Shown here: positions 13,049-26,169 of the stretch, piece by piece | Layout: each line of letters opens with the position of its first letter | How positions within the stretch are numbered: position 1 is the stretch's first letter | NCBI RefSeq assembly: GCF_009834535.1 | Contig: NC_045697.1 | Span: 79,238,001 to 79,302,000 of the forward strand | DNA length: 64,000 nt | Source: Camelus ferus | Lineage: Eukaryota | Direction: 5' to 3' | Translations under genes and position numbers: made by a program | The notes under the pieces: generated by a model | The model's database searches: none | Seen by the model: only the letters and a program-made list of their open reading frames with translations | What the model was told of the DNA's origin: nothing

Positions 13049-13470
13049 TTAGCGGCTTGCTGGAGCTCTGGCACTACTGGCTCAAGAGAGCCAATTATTA
13101 AAATGTAAAGAATTTGATGAGCCATTTGTTAAATACACCATCATTACGAACTAAATGTATAAACTTAAAATTAATAAATTACTTGAAGACAAAGAAAAAA
13201 TTTTATTTCCTAGTTATTTTCCTGGTATTTTACTATTATCTGTGCTTTTGAGGTTACTTGTGTCTGTTGCATTTGCCTGGTGGACACACTGCATAAAGTG
13301 AGTTATTGCATATCTCTTCCCAACTCTATTTTCAGAGATCTCACATTGAGAGCTTGATAGCAGCCATGGTAGAAATATTTACACCACAGAAATCAGCAAA
13401 TGCTGCAAACCTGGGGTTTCTTTTTCTCCTGGAAAATTGGTTAACTGTGAAAACAGTTCAGTATATACTA
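13049..13470 (+). mobile_element. hAT-Blackjack DNA transposon (MER63B-like)
   Basis: tgctggagc...ggctcaagagagccaattattaaa...tttactattatctgtgcttttgaggtta...atttacaccacagaaatcagcaaatgc. Follows the MER63B consensus as I recall it. Confidence 0.7.
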
Positions 13471-13479
13471 GCTCTAAAT

Positions 13480-14960
13480 TTATCCTGTTGGAACTTTTTA
13501 AGTTAAGTTTGTAAGAAGTATAGATGATTTTGGAGAGAATGACATCTTTAAAATATCAAAGCTCTGAATCCACAAATATTACTTCGTTGTTTATTTTTCT
13601 TCCATTCACCTCAAAAAAGTTTTCTTTCCTCGTATGGTTCAGATTCACGTCTTATTAAGTTAATATTTGGTGGTTTATATTTTGGAGGGATGTGTCTGCT
13701 ATAGTTATCTTTATCTTTATTTTTTTATCCCTATCTTTACTTTGCTTATCTTTTTTGTCCATTGTCTTGGTCAACTATTAATAATAGTTTTATGTCAGCA
13801 CTGGAGGTGTCTTTTGTATTCTTCTGTCCTCTATAATAATTTGAATATCCTGGAAATCACATAAATCCGAAAGATTTCGTAGAAGTTGACTCTGATGTCA
13901 TCTGAACCTGGCACCTTTCTTGAAAATAAGAGAATTTTTTCAAAAATGGGTGAAATTAATCTATGGTGTTAGAAGTCAGTTTAGTAGTTACATTTAGGGA
14001 AAATAGAAAGGTTATGGAATGGGCAGATATACAAATTGTACTTTTAGGATATTGGAAATATTCATTCTCTTGAGCTGGTTAACAGACAGATGTGTTCACT
14101 TTGTATACTTAGTGTTCATATAATTTTCTGATTGTGTTATACTTCATTTGGAAAGCAGTTCGTTACCATTAAAAAAAAGAAAATAAGAGAATTGTTTTCA
14201 CCTAGTCTTAATTAGATCTTAGATTTTTTTCAGTTTTCATAGGATATCAAAATTGTCCTAGAACATATTCCGTTTATGCAAATGTTCACATTTTCATGTG
14301 GATTTGTACATAGTAGTCTCTTATACTTCTTAAGTTTATACCACTTTTCCCAATCTGAAAAGATTCTCTCTTCTTTTTTTCCATTAGGTTTTCCTGAAAT
14401 CCAATTTATTGGCCTTTTCAAATTACTATCATTTTGATTTATTTACTATTTTATAAATAATTATTTTGAAACAATTTACGCTTATTCATTCCTCCTGCTT
14501 CCCTAAGACTTGGTTTGTTACTTCCATTCTTTAAGATGAAAACACAGTTCATACTTCTTCATTTTTATTATAAAAGGTTGTCAGGCTTTGGATTTTATTT
14601 TGGTTATAGTTTTGGTTGCACCCCTTAAGTTTGAAAATGTATTGGAAAATGAGAGCGAGATGACTTGTGAGTGCTGTTGAAATTTCCAAGTGAGCCAATT
14701 TTATATTTAAATTTTTGTTCATAATCTAGAGCTTTTATAAATTGTGGTCAAATATTTTTTTCCTCTTGTAGATTTATGGAGTTTCTTTTGGTCCTACAAT
14801 ATTATCGATTTTTAGAAGCATTCAGCAGTAACACACATTTGAGTATATATGCTTGAAGAACTGCCTAAGGATTTGCATTCTGTAAATCATTTTGATTAAT
14901 ATACTATTTTATGTCATTTTTTTATTCTTAAGTATATTCATACTTAGTAGTATTTTTCTA
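13480..14960 (-). mobile_element. Highly degraded old L1 fragments
   Basis: T-rich sequence with antisense L1 ORF2-type words (gagaatgacatctttaaaatatc). A short sense L1 3' piece is embedded near 13945-14180. Confidence 0.45.
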
Positions 14961-16479
14961 AGACAGTTTTTGAGTAAAATATCATAAACAATTTTAAATA
15001 CACCCAGTTCTCTACTTCCTACTCTGTTTAAATTAGAAGTGTGGGGGAAAGGTGGCACTAGCAGACACTTGGGAAGAGGTGTAAGAGAGAGCAGGAAAAT
15101 CACACAGAAGAGATGCTTTAAAACTTTTAAAGTGGTGCAGACACAGAAGGAGGCCACCAACTAGGAAAGGTATTTGCTAACGTCTAGATGTCTGCAATAG
15201 AATCTTTTAGAGTATGTTTTACCTTAGAAGTGACTGGAATATAAGAATAAGCAGAGAATCATACTAATTATAAATAAAACTTAAGTCTGAATTTAGATAT
15301 TGCTGGGATTAAAGTGGGGTACAATATGAAAACTCATAGCAAAGTTTTCTTTAGTGACTGAAAAAAAGTACTAGAGTTGCCCACAGCCATGCCTGCCTCA
15401 CCGTTCAGTTACCCCAGAAGGGCAGGCAAATAATTCCTGCCACATAGTAGGTGTACAACAAATCCAGGCCTATTTAACTCCAAATGCTGGATTCTTTCCA
15501 TTGTTCCATAAAGGCTTTCTAACATATGCTTGTGAAGAGATGGACCAAATTAAATAGGGAACAGTATTGTGAAATGTATTTTAACTTGCACACATGTTCA
15601 AAAATATTTGAAATTACATATAATGAGACACACACATTCAACTATTAAGCCACTGGTAAAGAAGAAGGTGGACCAAGGAATGAAGGGTCTGGGTTAGATG
15701 GTTTATTCAAGATTATCTAAGTGAAGGACAGCATGGAACTGATCACAAAACCTGAGCTTCCTGGGAGTAAAGGCGAAAAGGGACAACATGATGAGGTTTA
15801 AATCCTGATAATCTAATAAAAAGAAATATTTCCACTTGACATGAAAATGAAAGTGTCTCCTGTTTTAATCATAGGAGAATTTAGAATGTAGGACTTCAAG
15901 TAAAATAACATTAAGCAGTATAATGGACATCTTCAATAGCAATTTTTACCAAATAATTATTTTCAAAATTATGAACAATTTAGAAACCATTTTTTACAAA
16001 TTACTTATAAAATAAGAAAAACAAATAAGACCAATCTTGTTGATAACATAAACTAAGCATCAACAAGAGAATAGCATCAGTAGAGGGATGTACTTACTCC
16101 TTTTCCTTTGTTTTTAACTTAAAAAATTACATTTTCTGCAATGCTGTACAATTTTTAGTTCCTTATATTTTGTTGAAATTGGATTCTGGATTATCTGTCT
16201 GCTGCTTAGCTAATGCCAGCTGAGTCATCTTTGTAGGAAAGTGAGCTACTACAAATAACTGCATCTGAATGTTTAATGTTATCCTGTAAAAATAAGGGTA
16301 AAGGAAAAAAGACCTGTGGCATCACTGAGTCCCTTTCCTCTGATTATCCAGGATCAGATTCCCTGGACAGAAGATGTGGTTAGCGCTTGCTTCTAATCAA
16401 AGGACCAAAAATACTTGGATATAGTTCATTTTAATCTTAATTGAAAAGGTTGTAGATAGACACTTAGGAAAAAGTGAAA

Positions 16480-16870
16480 TCAGCATAATATCTCCTCTTC
16501 AAGTGCAGCCCAGCTTTCAGAATTGGAACGTGGACTTCGGCCTCCTCGTAATTCTCCTTGATGAAAACAGAAGGGTTTCACAGCACAGAAAGCAGTGGTT
16601 GTGAGGCCGGGTACTGACAGACTCACAAGAGAACTCTGTTCGTCGTCTTCAAAGTGATGCAGCGATGGCTCGGCTGCCGCTGTGGCCACATGTAATGTAG
16701 CCTGTCGCTCTTTAAAGAGGATTAGCCTTAGTGTGCTGGGAGCATTCAGCGCTGGATTTCACGTGGAGCAGAATATGCTAATGAAATGTAAATGTCTACA
16801 GCAAACATTGCGTAATATCGAAACCCCTCAAAACTGAGCTTTGTCTCTGGCACAGTGGGAAACCAAACTT
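16480..16870. promoter_or_regulatory. Candidate intronic enhancer
   Basis: Repeat-free patch that retains CpGs, with clustered CACGTG, ATGCTAAT, ATGTAAAT, ATTGCGTAAT, CTTTGTC and GTGGGAA motifs. Confidence 0.4.
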
Positions 16871-19315
16871 TATCATATCAGAAGAAAAAGTAAAAAAGAA
16901 ACATTATGTTTTTCTGCCTTATGCATCTGCTGCTATGAAAAGTGAATTTAAATATAGATATATTCATTTATATTTATATTTAAACTAAATTGCCATGTCA
17001 GTAGCAAAGTCAAAGTTCAGTCAATCAGAAACATATTATTAGATCTATGTCCAAAAGATGGATGTGAAATAACTCATCTCTGTAGAAATGGATATATCTA
17101 AAATATGGAGTCAAAAACATTTTTAACAGCATTTTTGAACACCATTGTAGGATTACAAATGGTTTGCAGAGTGGATCTTTTTCCCGTTACACCTTAAAAT
17201 TTCTTATTTGCAGTTTTTACTTTTTGCCAGCACAATGTCTTTCTGCTCAGTGTTGGACAATTGTATCTTTATCATAATTCTCCACATAGTGTTTTTACTA
17301 CTTCATAGGAAGCCAGTGTGAGATTTGATTGATTTCTTAAAACTGCACATGTACTCAATTAATATGAAAGTTATTTTCACATATTGAGAATTTCAGAACA
17401 TATTTGGCATTGGAAAGGTGAATTCTAAGGTGTGTGATTTGCAAACCATGTAATTGTGTGTAGCGTTTTGGAATCCATAGACGTGGTTCTTAAAGACTGA
17501 AAGCCCCCTAAAGATTTCATCACAATGGCTGAGAAATAAAGATCCTGCAAACACATGGAACTGGGTGCCTATAGCTCGATTTCCAACGCGTGATCTTTCA
17601 TTAGTTACTAGCATTTCACTACACTCAACCGAGTAGCTTAGGTTTTCTTGGTTTTTGTTGGTTGGTGGTGTGGATGTGTGTGCTTTATATCTCAGTTTTG
17701 AAGGGTTTGTCTCTGTAGACATGGAGGGATGGTAATACATATTCATGAAACAGCACTCTTTCCAGTCTTTGCCACTGCTGACAAAGCCTTAGCTGTTTCA
17801 CACAGCAAGCTGACTGGGATTGTGTGTGGGGGCTGCATGGCCAGATTAGTGCAAACAGCAAGCCCACTCCTCTGCTTGTTAGGCCTTGCCTTCCTGACAA
17901 TTTCCCCAATTGTCGCTTGTGACAAGGCTGTCATTAGGTGATGGCTTCTTTTGGCCATTTTCAGATAAAGATAATTTCCTTAACTTCCATTTTATTTGAC
18001 AACAAGTAGTTTGGGAGAGAAAGGAAGTGCTTCAGTAGTTTATGGATTACGGTTTTGTCACTTCAAAGGCATCTTTGATCTAAAAATATGTGCTGTACCA
18101 AATTCATTATGTCTTTCCTTAAAGAGCTTTTAAATTTATTGATCTTCTCCTCAATTATTCTCCTTTTACGTCCAGTAATGATGTGTGAGACGGTAGTGTT
18201 GGGAAAAGCCTGAGGAGGAGTGTGGGGGAAATGTAGCCAACTGGTCACTTCTGAGGCCATCGCAGGAACGAAACAACAGGTGCTTTTGTTTAGTATCAAG
18301 TCTCTTCTGAACCTCTATGCAGACAAAGACCCCTCTGCTGTTTATAGCTCAACATGAAGATACTATACCAACAGAATAAGGCAAAATTATATTTGGTGTT
18401 GCAGCCTGATAAAGATGAAAAAAAACTTCACAATTTGTATAAAAATTGTGCCCACAACTGTCTTCATCCTCACCATGAAATCCATGGATTTTGAAAGCCA
18501 GCATATGAGTAATGGGGAAAGAGTGAGTGACTTCTTTGTGGACCAATAATTTGGCTTCCCCTAAAAGCAACCCTACACTGCTGAGGCTCAGCTTGCTCAA
18601 GTTCTGACACCTGCACCATTAGAAAGTCATGCAGAGCAAAGAGTAAGAGGCGAAGAATCAATAAGTGAAAATTTGCTTTAAAAACACAGCAAGATGAACA
18701 TGTACAGCTAGACAGGGGTTCTCGTTAGAAGGTCCACTCGCCCTTTTTGCCCTCCTTTTGTTGTTGTTGTTGTTCTAAACAGTTGCTATATGGAATTATT
18801 GTGTTTTAAACAATACCACGGACAAAGGGGTAAGTAGTTTACATCCAAGCTATCACAATTAGCCATTGTCTTCTAAAACTCTGCGTATAATAACCTCAGT
18901 TTACTACAGCACAAGCTGCTTACTTCTGTTTCTACAACTAAGGAAACAAAGTTCAAACAAATGGCTTAAATTTGGGGGGTTCTAAATATATCATTTTATT
19001 AGCCTCTAGACAGACTATTTTATAATTTAGAGATATCTAGATGGTATTGAAAATTAGTTCATTTTAGCCAATCATAATTTCAAAATCTTCTACATTAAAG
19101 GAAATATGTAATTTTAAAACATGACCTTAAGCTCGTAAGAGCAATATAAATAGTTTCTTTTGAAAAGTCATTTGAAAAACTAGTTTAGAGGCCCAGGACG
19201 TTACCCTTAGGCCCTCAATACTCCTCTCCATAAAGTCAGGATAAAAATAGCCCTCAAACAATGTCAGAAGCATTTTTCCACGTATTAGATTATTTCATCC
19301 TTATTAAGATGTAGA

Positions 19316-19658
19316 ATCTAAAAAAAAAAAAAAGGAAAAAGAAGACACTAATGAACTTATCGACAAAACAAACAGACTCACAGACATAGTAAATGAACTA
19401 ATGGCTTCCAAGGGGGAAAAGGGGGTGGAAAGGGATAAATTGGGATTTTGAGATTTGTAAATATTAACTACTATGTATAAAATAGATTTAAAAAAAAATT
19501 TCTTCTGTATAGCACAGGGAGCTATATTCAATATCTTACAGTAACCTATAATGTAAAAGAATATGAAAACAAATATATGTATGTCTATTATGACTGGGAC
19601 ATTGTGCTGTACACTAGAAATTGACACATTATAACTGACTGTACTTCAATTTAAAAAA
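19316..19658 (+). mobile_element. Young 5'-truncated L1 3'UTR, inserted in a MIR
   Basis: L1 3'UTR (gacactaatgaacttat...ctgtatagcacaggga...actgactgtacttcaat) followed by an A tail. TSD aagatgtaga (19306-19315) / aagaggtaga (19659-19668). Confidence 0.85.
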
Positions 19659-20175
19659 AAGAGGTAGATACGATTATTTGCTTGATTTTACAGATGAGGA
19701 AACTGAGGCACAAGGAAGTAACTTGCCTTTTGTCTCATATCCAGGAAGTGGTGGACATGGACATGGGTAGTTTGGGTCCAAAGCCTCTGTTCTTAATGCT
19801 TGGGCCTAGAAGACACAGAACCTAGAAAATCTAAATAGTCCTCTTCTAATTCCTTCTGATACTGAACAAGTAAATGTTAGTTCTCATCTCCCCTGCCATC
19901 CTTTCAGCTCCCTAGTCCTGGTCATTTGGTCCATGCAATCCAAGAAAATGAGATGAGAGAGCACAAGGGGGATCCTATCATCTGCCTAGGGTCATCCAGT
20001 TTTCCTTCTGCCTTGCATATTAAACACAGGGGGATCAGCATAGCAAAACTGATAAATTCAGACAGTAGGGTTCATGGTTCATTATGCTGTTTTTTCAAGG
20101 AATCCTTCATCACTTCATTAAAGTTCTCTGATGTAATTTCTCTTGACTTTGTTTTAACCAGAAAACCTTGATTTT

Positions 20176-20447
20176 TTTTGTATCTATATTTTTATTGAAG
20201 TATAGTCAGTTTACAATGTTGTATCAATTTCTGGTGTACAGCACAATGCTTCATACATGAACATACATACATTCATTTTCATATTCTCTTTCACCGTAAG
20301 TCACTATGAGATATTGAATATAGCTCCCTGTGCTATACAGTATAAACTTGGTGTTTATCTATTTTATATATAGTAGTTAGTATCTACAAATCTCGAACTC
20401 CCAATTTATCCCTTCCCACCCCCTTTCCCCTGGTAACCATAAGTTTG
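20176..20447 (-). mobile_element. Young 5'-truncated L1 3'UTR with a perfect 17-bp TSD
   Basis: Antisense L1 3' end (tttattgaagtatagtcagtttacaatgtt...ggtaaccataagtttg), flanked by cagaaaaccttgatttt at 20159-20175 and 20448-20464. Confidence 0.9.
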
Positions 20448-21769
20448 CAGAAAACCTTGATTTTGACCTCCTTGTGAAATCAACAAACGCTACTTTGGAG
20501 GAGGAAATAAATAGATTTTGAGGAAGACTGTTTGGGGGAAAGATCTCTGTTTTGTCTTAGAGTTCACCTGCTTTGTGATATGTGAATGCGCCACATAAAC
20601 TGGCAGACAGCAACCCCATCAGCCTGCCCCAGAAGAGACAAAAGTAAACACCCGTCTCAAAAAGATTGCACTGAAATATGATATCAGCTGCAAGAGAGGG
20701 CCATCTCCTCCGGTCAAATGAGAAAAATCATATTATCCTCACTGTGGTATACAAATAGCTTGTAAGCCTCATTCTCCATTTGAATGATAACAATAAAGTG
20801 CTAACCTCACTGCTTCAGGCCAGCCTGATCCCATCTCCAAACACAAACACTGCTGCCTAGGCTTTGGCTGGGGGCTGTGCAGTGGCCTCCCAGCCCCCAC
20901 CTTTTCTTCCCCTCTGTTAATTGGCTGAGACCACCAGAATTTGGAGGACACAGATGTCACTGATAGTTTTCCTAGGGAGCACATTCATGCCCATCTGTTG
21001 CAGCCTAGAAGGCTGTTCATATATCCACAAGGCCTTCATTTAATTCTTGTCAGAAAGTAATGTAAATCCAGTTTACCTCAGAGGTCGCAGCCGAGATTTA
21101 TGCCAATGAGCCCCCTGCAATTTACACACACTGTAGTTGTATAGGATGAAAAGAAAGCCTTTCATGTTGGCGCATATTAACAAGAAAGCCTGCCTTCCGA
21201 GAGGGGCTTTTTGATTGAGGTTTCTCCTGATTTTAATACAGCCCATGCCAGTTGGTATACCCAGCTTTAGAAAAAGGAAAAAAAATCTAATCTTTAAACT
21301 AAAGTTTCTTCTTTTATAAGAGGTAAATGAGAAAGAGAGAAATCCTAGCAAGTGGCACTACCATGTCTTTAATTATCCTTATGAGACAAAACTCCCCCGA
21401 ACTTGGAGAAGATAGAGTGTGACAGCAGAGTGTGTTCTGGCCTGAATTATTGCTGATTGAAGTCTAGAGAGAATTCAGTTGTAAGCAATTGTCTTCCCAA
21501 CATGAAAATAGTAGAATTGGTCTCTGACTTTTCAGCTGTCTTTCACTAGTATATTTAGGGGAAATTGTGAAATTTGATTAACTTTCTTTGGACCAGGCTG
21601 GGTAGAAATTGATCTATTAGTAAAGTGGAAGAGCACATGTGTAATATACACATATGTATTTATAGAATTACTTTATTGAAAGTATAATAAGAGTACTTAG
21701 AAGGACTTCCATTAATCCTATCTTTCTATGTATTGATACCTTTTGAAATTTTCAGGACTGTGTTAGTAA

Positions 21770-21985
21770 GCTGGAAGGCAAGTGGCTTTAAAAACACCCA
21801 TGGGGTCAAAATCTTCTGGAAATTCTGAATATGTCCTTTATTCAATATGTGACCTTGGGCAAATGACTTAACCTCCATGACCCTTAACTTTCTCCTCTCT
21901 CAAGTGGGAATAATAAAGCCTACATCCTAAGGGTTTGTATCTGAGGTACACAGCACCTAAAGCATGGAAAGTGTTCAACCAATGA
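21770..21985 (+). mobile_element. MIR SINE
   Basis: MIR core tgtgaccttgggcaaatgacttaacctc...gggaataataa. Confidence 0.75.
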
Positions 21986-22804
21986 AACGTTCCCTCTCCA
22001 CCCCGCCTTTCGGTGGTGTCTGTGACAGCAAACTGTGGATTTAAAATAGTTAAATTAGTTCAAATACCGTGAACATTCACATCATCACAAATCATCAGAC
22101 TATTTTTTCATATTAAAAAAAATGTTAAGGGCAGATAAAGTTGGAGATTTTCCTTCCACAGTTTGGAATTTTTCTTTCAATTAAAAAGTAACTTTTTAAT
22201 TCCGTAGAAAGTAGACGAATAGCAGCATTTCACATAATTTTGGTAAAAGCAGGTATAGCCTCACTATTTCCTCACAGTTGTAAACTCTGATTTCTCAAGA
22301 CAATTTTAATAGGGGGCTTGCTTCTTGTGTTTTTATAGACAGAGCTCATTTACCCATGCTAATGGCTTGGAAGTATTTGGTATGATTATTTTTGCACTAC
22401 ATTTAACTTTTTGTTTGTATTATGCTTAAGATAGCATTAAAATTTGGTTGTGATTTCAAAGCACATACTAACTGGGAAACGCAACAGAGTACCCTAGCAG
22501 TGTTTATGATGGGTATGTAGGTGAGATGGGGCCGTGATTGAAAAACACAATGTGTTGTTGTTAACTTTTTAGGCAGACGCTCCAAATGTACTAGTCACTG
22601 TCTGGGTTTAATTATAGAAATGGGTGAAGCAGTAGCGTCATTTTAAAGAGCTTACTTCACATTAGGGAGGCCAAAGCCCAGTTTTGTTGGCTGTCTAAAG
22701 CAGGGACTAAGCAGGGTTAAAATAATTTCAGAATAGTCATTTGTGCTTCTCAGAGTTCATCAAAACCATTCCTTTTTGCTTATAGTCCTCAAAACAGAAT
22801 ATTT

Positions 22805-23095
22805 TAAAATTTTTTATTATGGAAAACTTCAAATATGTACAAAAGTACTGAGGGCAATATAAGAAATCTATGTACTTTGATTCAGCCTCAACATTTAACA
22901 ACCTGTAGCCAATTTTGCCTAATTTATATCCTTACTTTCTCCATACCTCCATTCCCTACATCTCAGATTTTATATAATTTCATCTGTAAATATTTCAGAA
23001 TGTTTCCCTAAAAGATATGAGCTCTTTTTTTTTTTTAACATACCACAGTACTATTACCTCACCTTAAAAATGAACAGATTCCTTAATATCATTTA
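22805..23095 (-). mobile_element. Old L1 3' end (L1MC/ME-like)
   Basis: ttttattatggaaaacttcaaatatgtacaaaagt...ataatttcatctgtaaatatttcag...ttccttaatatcat. Confidence 0.6.
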
Positions 23096-26000
23096 CTGTG
23101 ATAATTATTATCAGTCAGGAAATCCCCACTTTTTTTTTTTTAAAGGAACTTAGTATTTGGCTCTCATGTTCCAAATTAGTTATTTTGCTTCCATGACACA
23201 AAGGTTTCATTCTTTCATAATGATTTTCATTGTGATGTATGTGGATGTGTTTTGTGGTATGTGTTAGTATCTTCCTAGAATGTGAATTTATCATCTCATT
23301 GAAAAATAAAAATTGAATCATTATTCTACTCCTACCTTATCTTCATTGATTCATTTGGATAAGTGTTTTCCAAACTTATTAGCTTCAAGTGAAATTATAT
23401 GTGAAAGGCCCCAGTAGAACATGGATGGAAATGAAACTGCTCTGTGGCCATGCTGCTGACCACTCACATGGCCCGTTCTTCCCCGTGTGGGGTTTGGCAG
23501 GTTTTCGTATGTGAATGCTTTTTTAATAAATGTATACCATTTTGCCATTTTGATTTCAGGGCAGGCAAATTGCTGTGTGAAGTAGTATAAAGAATAAGAA
23601 TGGATTTCATGCATAGCCAATATGACCAAAAAAGACAGTGCTTAATTTTTAAGTTTGCTACCATTAAAATATTTCACCTAAAGTAATTAAAATGTTTATT
23701 GTAATCAGAAAAATCTACTGTGCTCATGAATAATGACCCCACTTCTCAGTTGGCTATATTGGGGCCTCCTGGGAGGAGATGTATTTGCTCCCTGTCAGGA
23801 TTAATCTATAAATGTAATCACCACTTAGACCTCATCAGTTCTTTCCTTTCTCTTCATTGGTCCCCCTGGAATTATATTACTGCTTGAATAAGGTCAAATT
23901 AGGATACCTTTTACCAAGAAAAAACAGAGCAGTTATTATTTCAGTGCTTTAAAATTTGAGAGTGAAGCCTGTTTCTTTTAAACAGACTGGATTATACTTT
24001 TCTGTCATAGAATCAATAGTCTACCAAAATAATATATCTTTTTTTTCCCAGTGTTTTTATTGGTTTCTTCCCCACAAAAGCCAAGACATAGAGTGATCTC
24101 ATGTAAAACCACAGTGGACTGATGTTTAAAATCTTGTGTCTGACTCTTGCAGATAATCCCACCAAGTTGCTATTTGAACTTGGACAAATCACTGAACTTC
24201 TGACTTTATCTTCAAATTGGTAGCATATTACTTGCTACCTTCCTCATTGTAATCTTATAAAAGTTAAATAATCAAGCCAAATCTATTTCTTTTTGTCAAT
24301 ATGTATTATGAAATGCCTTTTCTTCTCTAATAGTGGAAAGGGTAGAATGAATTCTCTAACTTGTCTACATTTAAGTAAATTCATCCTTGGGTCAGAATGT
24401 TGCTTTGGAATTTTTTGCAAGTTGAATCATATACTCACTTTATTTCCCCAATGAGGTCTTTGAGGGTTTATTTTGTTTCTTGGTAATCTTCAAAAGTTTG
24501 AAATACAGTATATAAGGGATACTCAATAAATGCATAACTAACCATCCAGGAGTTTGCAAATATAGTCAGTTTGTATTAATTTATATTTAAACCTCTAAGT
24601 TAGCTATTAAAGCCAAGCATTAAGGAAACAGTAGGAAAAGTTTTTGGCCAGTAATAGAGTGTGTAAAAAAGCTCATGTGTTTCACTTGCCTTTTTTGGTT
24701 TACTCATTTTTTTAAAATTCTCTGTATCACTGTTAATTCTATACTGGCAAATGTTCCTTCATTAGCTAAAAGCAAAGAATAGAATTAACACCAAGTCTCA
24801 GATCTCTGTCCTCTTTATTAGAGAAAAGAGAAAATGGGAGTTCTTCCGCTTGAGGAGCTACCAAAGAAAGTGAGTGGACTGGCTCAAAACCAATCAAGTT
24901 ATCCCTCAAATCAGGTGATTGACGTTCTGGGCACACTTGCTCCATGACCGAGTGGCATTTTACTCAGTGGTAGAACTCTTATAGAAAGCATAGAATCCTG
25001 AAATTATAAAACTCTTCTCATTTTCCAAGCCAGCCTGATGAAGTGAGGGCCTCCGGGTCTCTGCAGGCACAGAGAGCAAAGTAGGCCTGGTTTTCTGCTT
25101 GAGCCTTTCTGGCTAAGACAAGCCATGTCAAGGACTCTGTTTTTGTATATGCGGTGGGATGCTTCGGAGCCCTGTCAAGAGCTAAGTAAACAAAATGTTA
25201 AACATGCTAACTTTCCTCTGTAGACACTTCTTGTTCCTTTATCATCATGCAGAAGTAGTAAAATACTGCTGTAAACTCCTCTCCTAAAGAGCTCCTGGCG
25301 GCTGACCTCGACTTGGTTGTCACTGTGTTGAGGTAGTTTGGTGTGTGTAACGCTTGTCCCACTGATTGATACTTTTGACTTTGGGCCCTCAAAGTGTGTG
25401 GATATCCGAGTTGTTCTCCATCACAGTCGCTTGCCACTAGAGGAAACGTGAGTTCGCACTTGTTCCTGGCCAGTAGGAGGCTCCCTGCCAAGACCCATCA
25501 GTTGCTGGTGACATGCGCACGCTGTGTGAATCACACGGCCACATGGTGGACTTTTATTATGTCTGCCCAGGAGTGTGGTCTGCCAATCCCCAGGCCAGAG
25601 GCCCACCCCCGGGCGCCTTTGACATTTCAAGTATAAAATAAATAAAGAGCTTTGTATGTGTCTCAGGGCGAAGAAGAAGATGAGGGGTTGAGGGTGTTTC
25701 TGTCTGATCTATAATCCGATGGGCTGTCTTCCCCTTAGCCGCTTCAGGGCTCTTTTCTAACAGCATAGACAGAGGCGCGGCTCAGGGCTGGAGGCAAACA
25801 GCTGATTAAACCAAGTTGGCTGGGTTTAAGGGTTTTTATAAAAAGCAAATAAAACTCACATCTTTTTTCCTGAAGATGTCTGACTGGTCATAACATTTCA
25901 ATTCTCTTACAGCATTTCTATTCATTAATTAAATGTGGATCTGGAAAATTATTTAGGGCATAATTCCACTGTTACATGGCTTTATACTGGGAAAAAATAT

Positions 26001-26169
26001 CAAGAACCTGAAGACTGCACAGCCAAGCAATTTTCTTTCTCAAAACCATAAATGCTAATGAAGCCAACAAGGAAATCAAATCCCAAAAGAGGTAAACTAA
26101 AGAGAAATTGGGTGACTCTTTAAAAAAATAAAACTTTATTTCTTGGAAATGTTATCAAAAACAGTAACT

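Noticed and set aside
16465..16689. Minus-strand protein-like frames (MATAAAEPS... and FIKENYEEAEVHVPILK...)
   Set aside because: Short, without an ATG start or convincing splice sites, and with no recognised homologue.
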